Of a stretch of DNA of 64,000 nucleotides, positions 29,463-38,307 are shown piece after piece. The position numbers and the translations under genes are program-made. The stretch lies in the NCBI GenBank assembly GCA_963711565.1, contig CAVQEQ010000004.1, positions 64,001-128,000 of the forward strand, given 5' to 3'. Under the pieces are notes generated by a model. That model was not told where the DNA came from, ran no database searches, and saw only the letters and a program-made list of their open reading frames with translations. The number at the start of each line of letters is the position of its first letter. The first letter of the stretch is position 1. The stretch is from an uncultured delta proteobacterium. Lineage in GTDB: Bacteria; Desulfobacterota; Binatia; Binatales; Binataceae.

Positions 29463-30722
29463 TCAAACCTTGCGCATCGCTTCCGTCGGTCGGAGCCGAG
29501 CAGCTCGCCATGCGGGATAGAGTGCAGACACCAGCGCCGTTGCGGCGAGCCCGACGGCTGCCTGGCTGTACGCGGGAAAATCCTGCCGGCCGTACCATAG
29601 ATGGCCCACTACCACTCCAGCCACGGATACCACCTCGCCGGTAGCGCCACCCAAGTCCAGACCGTGTACCTGCAAATACCAGAGCAGTGGAACTCCAAGC
29701 GCTGCTCCCACGACCAGACTCGCGACGCCCAAGCCTGCAGCTTCCGTCAGGATCAGCCCAATCACCTGCGCCGGGCGCATACCTACGGCCATGAGCATGC
29801 CAAATTCGCGAGTGCGCTCGAATACCGCCATCAGCATCGTGTTCATGACACCGATAACCGCCACCAGGAAGAAAATAAAAAAGAGAACTACGGTGACGCC
29901 GTGATTGAACTGAACGTAGTTGGCCAATTCCGGCGCGAGCTCCGGCCATGCCATCACTCGCACGGGGAGAGTTTTGCTTAATCTGACCTGCAGTGAGGCA
30001 GCCACATCGTTAGCTGCGTCTATGTGATTCAGCTTGATCCCAACTTCGTGGATTCGTGCAGGCGCAAGATGCAGAAGGTCTTGAAGTGAAGACAGCGTCA
30101 TGAGAACCAGACCCCGGTCCACGGTATCAAGACCGGTGTGAAGAACTCCTATGACAGTGTAAACGTCGTTGCCCATCGAACCGTCGGCCGCCTGCGTCAG
30201 CAGAACGATTTCCGAGTTCAAGCCGATACCAATCGTGCTGGCGAGCTTGTCTCCTATCACCACCCCCTTTGGCAGTTGTGTCGTAAGGTAAGTACCTTTG
30301 GCTATCTGGGTGTTAAGAGTGGTGATCCTGGGTTCCTGAGCAGGGACGACTCCCATCAGCTCGACACCAGCCGAACGATGGGCCGCACTTAGCAAGGCAT
30401 ATCCGTACACCCTGGGAGCCACCGCAGTAACACGACGATCAGCGGAAATGGAAGCGAGTAGCGCGCTGACGTCCGTTCCTTTCCTCCCGCCCAGGGTCTT
30501 CTGAAGCGAGCGATTCGGGTAGTAACCGGGAGCATGTATCTGGATCTGGGACATGACAAGACAGGTCCCGTTCTGGATCATCTGCCATCGCAGGCCCGCC
30601 ATAAGGCAGGCGACGAACAGCAGCATCGCATAGCCGAAAGCGATCGCGGCCATCGTAATGAAAGTACGCCGGCGATTACGCCAGAGATTGCGCCATGCGA
30701 GCTGTAGCAGTCGTATGCTCAT
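29463..30722 (-). CDS. ABC transporter permease (LolE/FtsX-like)
   Basis: LAWRNLWRNRRRT, MNTMLMAVFERTREFG, YPAWRAARLRP. Confidence 0.92.
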   Translation of the reverse strand: MSIRLLQLAWRNLWRNRRRTFITMAAIAFGYAMLLFVACLMAGLRWQMIQNGTCLVMSQIQIHAPGYYPNRSLQKTLGGRKGTDVSALLASISADRRVTAVAPRVYGYALLSAAHRSAGVELMGVVPAQEPRITTLNTQIAKGTYLTTQLPKGVVIGDKLASTIGIGLNSEIVLLTQAADGSMGNDVYTVIGVLHTGLDTVDRGLVLMTLSSLQDLLHLAPARIHEVGIKLNHIDAANDVAASLQVRLSKTLPVRVMAWPELAPELANYVQFNHGVTVVLFFIFFLVAVIGVMNTMLMAVFERTREFGMLMAVGMRPAQVIGLILTEAAGLGVASLVVGAALGVPLLWYLQVHGLDLGGATGEVVSVAGVVVGHLWYGRQDFPAYSQAAVGLAATALVSALYPAWRAARLRPTEAMRKV

Positions 30723-31489
30723 CGGCTGTCATTCGGCAGCGAGAATGTTCCTTTGCTTATCGGCACGTCGAACGCGATATCTTCGTAGTCAATCGACGTT
30801 TGCGCGCCTCCCTTATCTTCCGATTTCATTACCAGGTGCGTAGGAATGAGCCTGCCGCTTTCTTTCTTGTATTCAGAAAAGGTAAGCTCCCGAGCCAGCT
30901 TGCCGTCATCGCCGTAGTAGCCTTGCCATGTCGGAACCCCGTCGGCCTGGCGGAACTGCAGAACGATCTTCCCCCACACCACCGCTGCGTCCGACTTGGG
31001 TGTCAGCGTATATTCATACACTGCAACGCCACCGCGCTTACCTTCGTAAGAGGTGCCGATAGAGTAATCCCGGGTGAGGAAAGGCTCTTTCACCAGATCG
31101 TCGATGGTGAAGTCACTGCCCATCCACGAGGTCATCGCCATCGATGCGGGAATGTGGACCGTTCGATTCGATTTGGGCAGGTAGTACTTGATGTCGCTGC
31201 CTTGTTTCAGGATTGCGGTACCGGCTTCGTCTTGCGGCTGGGTGATGCGGACCAGAACCTTGTCTCCCAGCGACCAGATCTTCATTGACAGATCGCGCTG
31301 CCCATCTTCATTGGAGATCTGCATCTTCACGGTCGCGATGCTGGACGTGCTGCTGAAAAGGCTGGCTATTCGATCCACGGCTTGTTGCGACTTTTGATCT
31401 TGCGCGGCACCGGATTTCTGCGCGGCGCTCACTAACACCAGAGTCATAACTACGGCTATACTTACATTTCGGGCATACTTGCTCTTCAT
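30719..31489 (-). CDS. outer membrane lipoprotein-sorting protein (LolA-like)
   Basis: Signal peptide; GTAILK...YYLPK...SWMGSDFTIDDL; PKSDAAVVWGKI. Confidence 0.85.
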   Translation of the reverse strand: MKSKYARNVSIAVVMTLVLVSAAQKSGAAQDQKSQQAVDRIASLFSSTSSIATVKMQISNEDGQRDLSMKIWSLGDKVLVRITQPQDEAGTAILKQGSDIKYYLPKSNRTVHIPASMAMTSWMGSDFTIDDLVKEPFLTRDYSIGTSYEGKRGGVAVYEYTLTPKSDAAVVWGKIVLQFRQADGVPTWQGYYGDDGKLARELTFSEYKKESGRLIPTHLVMKSEDKGGAQTSIDYEDIAFDVPISKGTFSLPNDSR

Positions 31490-31494
31490 AGCTG

Positions 31495-32610
31495 CTATCC
31501 AACCCCGTACGCAGTTGCTAAATCGCTTTCGACCTTCGCCGCTTCATCCTCAAGCGGCGTTCTCATAGCCAGGCCCATAGGTACCCGAACCAGGAAATTA
31601 AACGCGGTTACGGCCAGCGATAGTGCGAACAGATCGTTTTTGGAGGCAAACCGGGCAAAGGCCAGAGTGAAGACCAACTGAGTAGTTCCGATTCCGCCCG
31701 GCGACAGCGCCGAATTTCCGACCGCCACAATGAACGGAGTCATAGCGAGTGTCTGAGCGAGCGATACGCCGATGTGAAAGCTGACGAACTGACCATAAAG
31801 TGCGACGCCCGATCCCAGGACTATTAGGAACCTGATGCCGAGAAGCTTGAAATATTGCGAAGGTTGAGCGGTCCGGAAACTCGCCATCGAGGGCCGGTCG
31901 TAGATCCATCGGAGCCAATTGCCTGTCGAGAGCCGCTTTCCCCATAAGAGAAAGAACGAGGCGATAAAACAGCCTGCGCTCACGACGCCTGCCGCGTAGT
32001 TGAGGCCTAACCGTATCGGTGATGTGGGCACGAGAGCTATCGCGAACAATGCCAACGCCGCCAGCAGCATAGCGTCGAGATAGGCCTGAAAGAGCAAGGT
32101 GCACCCGGCCATTATCCACGGTGCGCGCTTGCGCGCATGCAGGAAAAGCACAAAAGCGCCGCTGGCGACATAGGAGTTCACGATCTGAAGAAAGTAGACA
32201 GCAGACATCGTCGGCAGCAATTCGATCGAACCGGTGGATCCATGAAAATAACTGAACAAGCGGGAATACAAGACCGTCTCGCCGAGAAACCAACACAGGA
32301 AGCCACCGAGGCTGGCAACAATGAAGAGCCAGAGCGTGGCGTGGCTTGTAGCATTGACCACCTGCCTCAGGGAAACCCCGCGTGCTGCGAAGCATACGAT
32401 AGCCGCCGCTATCGCATAGGCAATCAGGTTCTGAATCAGAGGCTTGCGCGCCGCAAGACGAACGTTCAGGTCGATCCGGCGCGCCCAGCTCTGAGTATCG
32501 ACTCGTCGTTCCGCAGTCGGGGCAACCAGGGGCGAAGTAGGGTCTGTTCTTATAGGTACTTGCAAGGCGGACTTCAGAAGGTGGCGACTGTCGTCAAAGG
32601 ATGAAGTCAT
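31495..32610 (-). CDS. lysylphosphatidylglycerol-synthase TM / flippase-like membrane protein
   Basis: About 8-9 TM segments; SPGGIGTTQ motif; start uncertain. Confidence 0.7.
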   Translation of the reverse strand: MTSSFDDSRHLLKSALQVPIRTDPTSPLVAPTAERRVDTQSWARRIDLNVRLAARKPLIQNLIAYAIAAAIVCFAARGVSLRQVVNATSHATLWLFIVASLGGFLCWFLGETVLYSRLFSYFHGSTGSIELLPTMSAVYFLQIVNSYVASGAFVLFLHARKRAPWIMAGCTLLFQAYLDAMLLAALALFAIALVPTSPIRLGLNYAAGVVSAGCFIASFFLLWGKRLSTGNWLRWIYDRPSMASFRTAQPSQYFKLLGIRFLIVLGSGVALYGQFVSFHIGVSLAQTLAMTPFIVAVGNSALSPGGIGTTQLVFTLAFARFASKNDLFALSLAVTAFNFLVRVPMGLAMRTPLEDEAAKVESDLATAYGVG

Positions 32611-32677
32611 GAAAGCGGCAGCCTTACACGACGCAAATCGCGTCGAAGGGGACTGCCGCTCTTTGGGCAGCAACTCT

Positions 32678-32998
32678 CTAGTAGTTGCTGGTGCTGCTGT
32701 TCGAGGTGTGCTCACTCGACGAGTCGCCACTTGGCGAGTTGTTGCTGGACGACGACGAATGCTCGCTGGTTGTGGTAGCAGGCGCCACGGCGACCGCAGG
32801 CGCGGCGACCACTATCGGGGGAGGTGCAACCACGACCGGCACGGGGGCCGCGTATACAACCGCTGGTGCCGGTGCCGAAGTTGTGGTCTCGCTCGACGAG
32901 CTTGAGCTGTCAGTACTTTGAGCGAATCCTACTCCCAGGCTTCCGAATAGCGCCGCAATACTCAATGTTATGGTTGCCGTTTTCATTAAGTGTTTCAC
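32678..32998 (-). CDS. exported low-complexity Ser/Thr/Pro/Val-rich protein
   Basis: Signal peptide ending GFA-Q; RBS GGGAG before GTG. Confidence 0.65.
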   Translation of the reverse strand: MKHLMKTATITLSIAALFGSLGVGFAQSTDSSSSSSETTTSAPAPAVVYAAPVPVVVAPPPIVVAAPAVAVAPATTTSEHSSSSSNNSPSGDSSSEHTSNSSTSNY

Positions 32999-33154
32999 AG
33001 TGATTTCTCCCTGATTTTCGGGATGGTAGTTACTATCTGAGACTAAGGTCGTATTCACTTTGGCCGCAAGGATGTTTACAGGGCTTATTGTGGTTTGTGT
33101 GCTTTGGAGCACTCCATCGGCCTCTGAGTTCATCGGCCTCGACGCTTTCAGTGC

Positions 33155-33979
33155 TCACAGTGCCGCGAGACGTTCCTGTGAGCCGGTTTCCTTCGGCAGC
33201 TGCATGCCCATTCCAATCTCGATCTTGTCCGCGCGTATAATCAGTTGGCGGCCTTGGCGAATAACCAGGTGTTCGCGCTCCAACTGGGCCAAATGCTCAG
33301 TGACTCTCGGCCGCGTGGCGCCCACGAGATTGGCGATATCCTGGTGGCTGAAGGACACTCTAAGAAGCGTGCCGCGCGACTCTTCGACCCCAAAGTCGGA
33401 ACATAGTTCAAGCAGCGTCATTCCGAGGCGCTCGCGAAGGTCGAGTCCCAGGAGACTGGAACCTCGCATCAATAGTCGGTACCAAAGCTTCAAGTTGTTC
33501 TGATGGAACTCCCTAAAGGTGATCCGCGTAGCGTTCTCGGCAATGGCATTGAAGCGGTCCCAACTCACGCTGCCGAGCCTACAATCGCTATAGGCTTCGC
33601 ATCGAAAGCCCCATGGACTGACAGACTGAGCGGGAAACTCGGGGATCGGACCGGGTGCCAGAAGCGCCACGGTTACCCGCTCCCCGCGTGCATTCAGACA
33701 GCTGATCCTCGCGACTCCGCTCAGGAGGATATTGGCTCCCGTCGAAAGCGCGGCCTCGTCAAGGACAACCTGGTTTCTTTTGAAGTTGGCCACGTTGAGC
33801 TCGCTGGCAAGACGGGTCAACTGCCCGAAGGAGAGCCATGAGAAGGCCTTTTGACGCCTCAGCAGCTCATTCGGTTTCGTCATGTGCTTGCGTTCGGGGA
33901 ATTCTTTCACATACATCCTGTTCCATCGCGCCAACGCCGACTCTTCTGCCATTTGGCTCTGTGGTTGTGCAGTTTCCAT
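33155..33979 (-). CDS. Crp/Fnr family transcriptional regulator
   Basis: cNMP-binding-like N-domain; HTH SHQDIANLVGATRPRVTEHL. Confidence 0.88.
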   Translation of the reverse strand: METAQPQSQMAEESALARWNRMYVKEFPERKHMTKPNELLRRQKAFSWLSFGQLTRLASELNVANFKRNQVVLDEAALSTGANILLSGVARISCLNARGERVTVALLAPGPIPEFPAQSVSPWGFRCEAYSDCRLGSVSWDRFNAIAENATRITFREFHQNNLKLWYRLLMRGSSLLGLDLRERLGMTLLELCSDFGVEESRGTLLRVSFSHQDIANLVGATRPRVTEHLAQLEREHLVIRQGRQLIIRADKIEIGMGMQLPKETGSQERLAAL

Positions 33980-33981
33980 TC

Positions 33982-34413
33982 TTAGTTTTCCAGTCGCGCG
34001 TTAAGCGACACGTTCGTGTTCAACAGCCGGCTGATCGAACAGCCGGTCTTCGCGCCCACCGCCGCCTCGATGAAGTCGGACAGCTTCGCCGCGGGCACTT
34101 TGGCCACGACCTCGAGCAGAATGCCGGTGATGGTCCAATCTTCCATACTGAGGTCTTCCGAGGTTACGGTCGCGGTCGTGACTATCCGTTCTGCCTTGAA
34201 TCCGGCGCGACTTAGCGCATCGGATAAAGCTATCGAGAAGGATGCGGCGTGCGCGGCGGCAATGAGTTCCGCGCTGTTGGTCGTTCTTCCGCTTCCTACA
34301 TTCGTTGCCTGCGCCGCGTAATGAGTCCTATGCAGGACTCCGTTCTGCGTAGTGACGGCGCCCTTGCCCTTGATTGGACTACCGTCCCACACCGCGGAAG
34401 CTCTACATTCCAT
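33982..34413 (-). CDS. OsmC family protein (first conserved Cys replaced by Ser)
   Basis: ASAVWDG..KGKG, ELIAAAHAASFSIAL, AKTGCSISRLLN. Confidence 0.85.
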   Translation of the reverse strand: MECRASAVWDGSPIKGKGAVTTQNGVLHRTHYAAQATNVGSGRTTNSAELIAAAHAASFSIALSDALSRAGFKAERIVTTATVTSEDLSMEDWTITGILLEVVAKVPAAKLSDFIEAAVGAKTGCSISRLLNTNVSLNARLEN

Positions 34414-34422
34414 CAGGTCACC

Positions 34423-34845
34423 CTATTGCGCGGCGCGCAGTTGATCGGCTGGGCGAACAGGTGACGACTGCAACCGCAGGACCATCGATTGGTTCGCGAG
34501 CCACGAAAGCCGCTGACGCAAGCGATCGGGATCGATACCGAGGCTCTCGCAAACCTCCTCGTAGGCGAAGACTCCGGCCGCCGTCGATTTCTCGCTCATC
34601 CAGGCGCCAACCTCGACCGACAGCCTGCGGCCATCTCGCGTTCGCGAGTCGGAACCTTGCAAGTAGTCGGAGATTGCGGTCGTCAGCACCGCGAGCATCA
34701 GTCGGTGTTCGCCATCCGAGCAAACGCTGGGATGACTAACGTTGTAGAACTTCCTCGCAACGATTGCGGAACTGAACTCGTCCAACGAAGCGGTTGACTC
34801 GCGACCTTCGGTGGCGTTCGCCTGCCCGGGGCTCATCAAGCGCAA
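34423..34845 (-). CDS. conserved hypothetical protein
   Basis: EHRLMLAVLTTAISDY...FAYEEVCESLGIDPDRLR pattern; start may be ATG 34909 if the T4 run at 34901-34904 has one extra base. Confidence 0.6.
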   Translation of the reverse strand: MRLMSPGQANATEGRESTASLDEFSSAIVARKFYNVSHPSVCSDGEHRLMLAVLTTAISDYLQGSDSRTRDGRRLSVEVGAWMSEKSTAAGVFAYEEVCESLGIDPDRLRQRLSWLANQSMVLRLQSSPVRPADQLRAAQ

Positions 34846-35198
34846 CCGCGGATTCTGCTGATTGTCAGAACCGCAGCTAGTGTGAATTTGATTTGTTTCA
34901 TTTTGTCATCTCCAGAATCAGAGGCTCGACCGACAAGACCGGTCTCAGTGTCATGATCGCGCTTGTTTTCTTCGGAGCGCGAATTCTTTGTTCCTATGGA
35001 CCGCATAGGCGGTGACTATGGGGTTCGGATCGGCCGAGGCGCTCGGGACACAATCGGGCGCAAGTTCAGACGAGCGCGGGGCGAGCAGATGCGCTACAGC
35101 GAATGCGTCGAGGGCCACGTATCAGACGTGGTTCTTCAGCAGGCGGCGCTTCAAGCGATGCGTGCGGTGGAGGTCTCGCTCAGGTCCGCCGCATATTC

Positions 35199-36083
35199 TC
35201 ATTTCGCGGACTGCTTGAGGATCTCGACATAGCGGTCGAGCGGCTTCGACGTGTTGTCAGTCTTCCAGGCGATGCAGGACTCGACCTTGACGACTGGCTG
35301 CAGAGGGCGGAAGGCAACGCCGGGATGCGCGAGCAATTTGACTTGCTCCGGTAGCAGCGCGGCTCCCAGACCCGCCGCGACGAACGCGAGCACCGCGAGC
35401 GGTCCATCGGCCTCTTGCAGCGTTCGAGGCGTAAAGCCGGCCTCGGAGACTACGCGGCGCATCCATTCCCCCCAGCCGGGATAGTTTCGCTCGGACATTC
35501 CGACAAAGAAGTGCGATTCCAATTCTTTTAGATTGATCTTGGGTTTTTTCGAGAGAGGATGTCCCTTGGGTAGAGCCACCAGGATCTCATAGAAGGCGAC
35601 GGCTTCCGCCTGGAGGTTGGTTCCCGCCAGCGACTCGCGCAAACCGATAAATCCAAGATCGATCTTGTCGGCATCAAGCGCCTCGAGTTGTTGAGCACAG
35701 GTCATATCAAACAGGTTGAGCGCGACCTCGGGATAGGCCCGTTGAAACGCGGCCAGGGTTGCGGGCAGCAGGTGATAGTGAAGACTGGCGACATACCCGA
35801 TTTTCAGTTGCTTGGTCTCGCTCCGATTGAAATGCTGCACCGCCCGCACGCTGTCCTCGCTGAGGGCGATCACGCGGCGGGAATCCGCCAGAAAAACCTT
35901 GCCTGCTTCGGTAAGAGAGACGCGACCCTTGATGCGATTCAGCAGCCGCACGCCAAGTTCCTGTTCCAGGAGTTTGATTTGCTGAGTGAGCGAGGGTTGC
36001 GCGACGTGCAGCTTCTTCGCGGCGCGAGTGAAGCTCAATTCGTCGGCTACCGCTACGAAATCACGCAAATGCCGAAGTTCCAC
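35199..36083 (-). CDS. LysR family transcriptional regulator
   Basis: MELRHLRDFVAVADELSFTRAAKKLHVAQPSLTQQIKLLE; VAAGLG. Confidence 0.95.
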   Translation of the reverse strand: MELRHLRDFVAVADELSFTRAAKKLHVAQPSLTQQIKLLEQELGVRLLNRIKGRVSLTEAGKVFLADSRRVIALSEDSVRAVQHFNRSETKQLKIGYVASLHYHLLPATLAAFQRAYPEVALNLFDMTCAQQLEALDADKIDLGFIGLRESLAGTNLQAEAVAFYEILVALPKGHPLSKKPKINLKELESHFFVGMSERNYPGWGEWMRRVVSEAGFTPRTLQEADGPLAVLAFVAAGLGAALLPEQVKLLAHPGVAFRPLQPVVKVESCIAWKTDNTSKPLDRYVEILKQSAK

Positions 36084-36291
36084 GAGTTATCCCTCTCGCC
36101 CCGGTCTCCTCAGTTTTCGGGGGATAGTGCAAAAATTGGCGGTGCGCGCGAGGACGAATCAATACAAAACAGAAATTCGCCAGTCAAGCGAGGAAGCCTG
36201 CCTCTTTTCAAGTCTGCTTCGCGGAAGTGGCCGAGACGAGGGCAGTGTCCCGATTTCAAATCAGGACGCTACCGTCGAGAAAGTCCCGCTA

Positions 36292-36414
36292 TCAAAGGCC
36301 AAAGAAGGGCTGATACCCTGGGGCGGCGGCGCGTAGGGCTCGGACGCATCGCCGTGGTAGTACCGCTCAGCCGTCACGTAGTAATCCTGGCTGAGGCGCG
36401 TAATAGTTGCCGCC
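36292..36414 (-). pseudogene. frameshifted C-terminal remnant of a Gly/Tyr/Pro-rich exported protein
   Basis: GGNYYAPQP/DYYV..RYYHGD..EPYAPPPQGIS/FFGL* across frames; begins with 15 nt identical to 63986-64000. Confidence 0.5.
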
Positions 36415-36497
36415 GCAGCGATGACGCCATCGCCTGCTCCGATGAAGCCTGAGCGAGAATCTCGACTGAGGCCCCGAACAGCGGGCTGGCCAGAACG

Positions 36498-38147
36498 ATG
36501 GCTCGCGGCAGAATTTCTCTTCGCAATATAATTGCGAGCGTTATGGACTGGACGCCGCCCTCCGCGATCCGTTTTTTCTTTGCTGCGCCGCATGGAGCGC
36601 CGGACCGTCTGACTGCGCGGTGGCTCTTCCTTCGCGCCCTTGGCGGCATATACTTCTCCGCATTTTTCTCCTTGGTCTGTCAGATCCGGGGCCTCATCGG
36701 CCCGAGCGGAATTTTGCCCGCGGACAACTATCTTCATGCTGTGGCGGAGTCACTCGGCGGTTGGCAACGAGTATGGTATGCCCCGACGCTGCTTTGGTGG
36801 TCGAGTGGGCCGGTCGCGTTAAACGCGCTGTGCTGGGCGGGCATGCTGGCGTCGCTGCTCCTTCTGCTAAACATCTGGCCCCGCGGAATGCTGACAATCT
36901 GCTTCGTTTGTTTTCTCTCGTTTGTCAGCGCAGCACAGGACTTCTCCAGCTACCAATCGGATGGCATGTTGCTGGCGGCGGGATTCATCTCCTTTTTTTT
37001 CGCGCCGCCGGGGATGCGTCCGGGGTTGGGCCGCACGCATCCGGCCTCGCGCGCCAGCCTGTTTTTGCTGCAATGGGAGTGGTTTCGCATCTACTTCGAA
37101 TCCGGCGTGGTGAAGCTTCTTAGCGGAGATCAGGAATGGCGGTATTTCACTGCCACGGATGACTACTACCAGAATGGGCCCTTGCCCACCTGGATTGGCT
37201 GGTACGTGCAGCACTTGCCGCACTGGTTTCATGCGGCGACGGTCGGGGCCACGCTAGCTTTGGAACTGGGCGTGGTATGGATGCTGTTTCTTCCGCGCCG
37301 ATGGCGGATTGCATGCTTTTTCATAGTGACCCCATGGCAGATCTTCGTAATCCTGACTGCGAACTACGCTTTTCTTAACTATCTCGTTCTCGCGATGGGC
37401 GTGCTTTTGCTGGACGATCGCTTCGTACTGGGCATTTTGCCCGAGCGATGGAAAAATCGAATTAAGGCTGCGTTCGAATCGAACGCAACACCGGTGAAAG
37501 AGCCGGGCGGCCGGGACAGCAGGCTCCGAGGGCCGTGGAAATTCCTGAAGCTGAATGCAGGTTCGGTGCTCCTGCTCTGGATCTGGTATGCTACCACCGC
37601 GCAATTGATCTGGATGATCACGAGAGCACCGCTGCCAACTATCCCAGTCATAGCGCTTGAGCCCTTTCGGATCGCCAATCGATACGGACTCTTCGCGGTG
37701 ATGACGCGTGGACGATATGAGATCGAATTTCAGGGTTCCACAGACGGACAGCATTGGGTGGCCTATCCGTTTCGCTACAAGCCTCAAGAATTGAATCAGC
37801 CGCCGCCCATCTATGCCCCGTATCAGCCACGATTCGATTGGAACCTGTGGTTCGCTTCATTGGGTTCCTGGCGCGAGTATCCGATCGTGCAAAATGCTGA
37901 GGCGCGGCTACTCTCGAACGATAAGGATGTGCTTGAGCTTTTTGCCGACAATCCTTTCGCCCAGGAAGTACCCAGGCAGATTCGTGTCGTGCTTTGGCAG
38001 TACTGGTTCACGACAATGGCGGAGAAGCGCGAAACCGGAATGTGGTGGCGGCGGCAACTTGTAGGCCTGTACGCGCCCACCCTGGAGCGCACATCCGATG
38101 GCGACATTACGGTTATCCAATGGCCCACCGTACAGCCCAGGGAGTAA
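36498..38147 (+). CDS. lipase maturation factor family membrane protein
   Basis: WLFLRALGGIY, YFESGVVKL, PLPTWIGWY, TANYAFLNYL, NRYGLFAVMT, PYQPRFDWNLWFA. Confidence 0.9.
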   Translation: MARGRISLRNIIASVMDWTPPSAIRFFFAAPHGAPDRLTARWLFLRALGGIYFSAFFSLVCQIRGLIGPSGILPADNYLHAVAESLGGWQRVWYAPTLLWWSSGPVALNALCWAGMLASLLLLLNIWPRGMLTICFVCFLSFVSAAQDFSSYQSDGMLLAAGFISFFFAPPGMRPGLGRTHPASRASLFLLQWEWFRIYFESGVVKLLSGDQEWRYFTATDDYYQNGPLPTWIGWYVQHLPHWFHAATVGATLALELGVVWMLFLPRRWRIACFFIVTPWQIFVILTANYAFLNYLVLAMGVLLLDDRFVLGILPERWKNRIKAAFESNATPVKEPGGRDSRLRGPWKFLKLNAGSVLLLWIWYATTAQLIWMITRAPLPTIPVIALEPFRIANRYGLFAVMTRGRYEIEFQGSTDGQHWVAYPFRYKPQELNQPPPIYAPYQPRFDWNLWFASLGSWREYPIVQNAEARLLSNDKDVLELFADNPFAQEVPRQIRVVLWQYWFTTMAEKRETGMWWRRQLVGLYAPTLERTSDGDITVIQWPTVQPRE

Positions 38148-38161
38148 ACGCCTTGTCAAGC

Positions 38162-38176
38162 GTCAACCGGTTGACA
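38162..38176 (+). promoter_or_regulatory. perfect palindrome GTCAACCGGTTGAC overlapping a TTGACA -35-like hexamer
   Basis: 14-bp palindrome about 130 nt upstream of the glycoside hydrolase gene. Confidence 0.4.
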
Positions 38177-38307
38177 GAGAGCACCTCGCATCGGACCGCC
38201 TCATCCGCCAGCGAGTCGCTCATTGCCGAGGCGGAGTTCCCCGCTGGTCTTATGTTTTCGAGGGCGCTTTGGATCTGCTTCGTGCTCGGCAAGTCGTCGA
38301 TGTAGTG

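Noticed and set aside
29467-29949. Apparent 160-aa N-terminal extension of the second permease
   Set aside because: Out-of-frame overlap with the upstream permease; homology starts at about 29460
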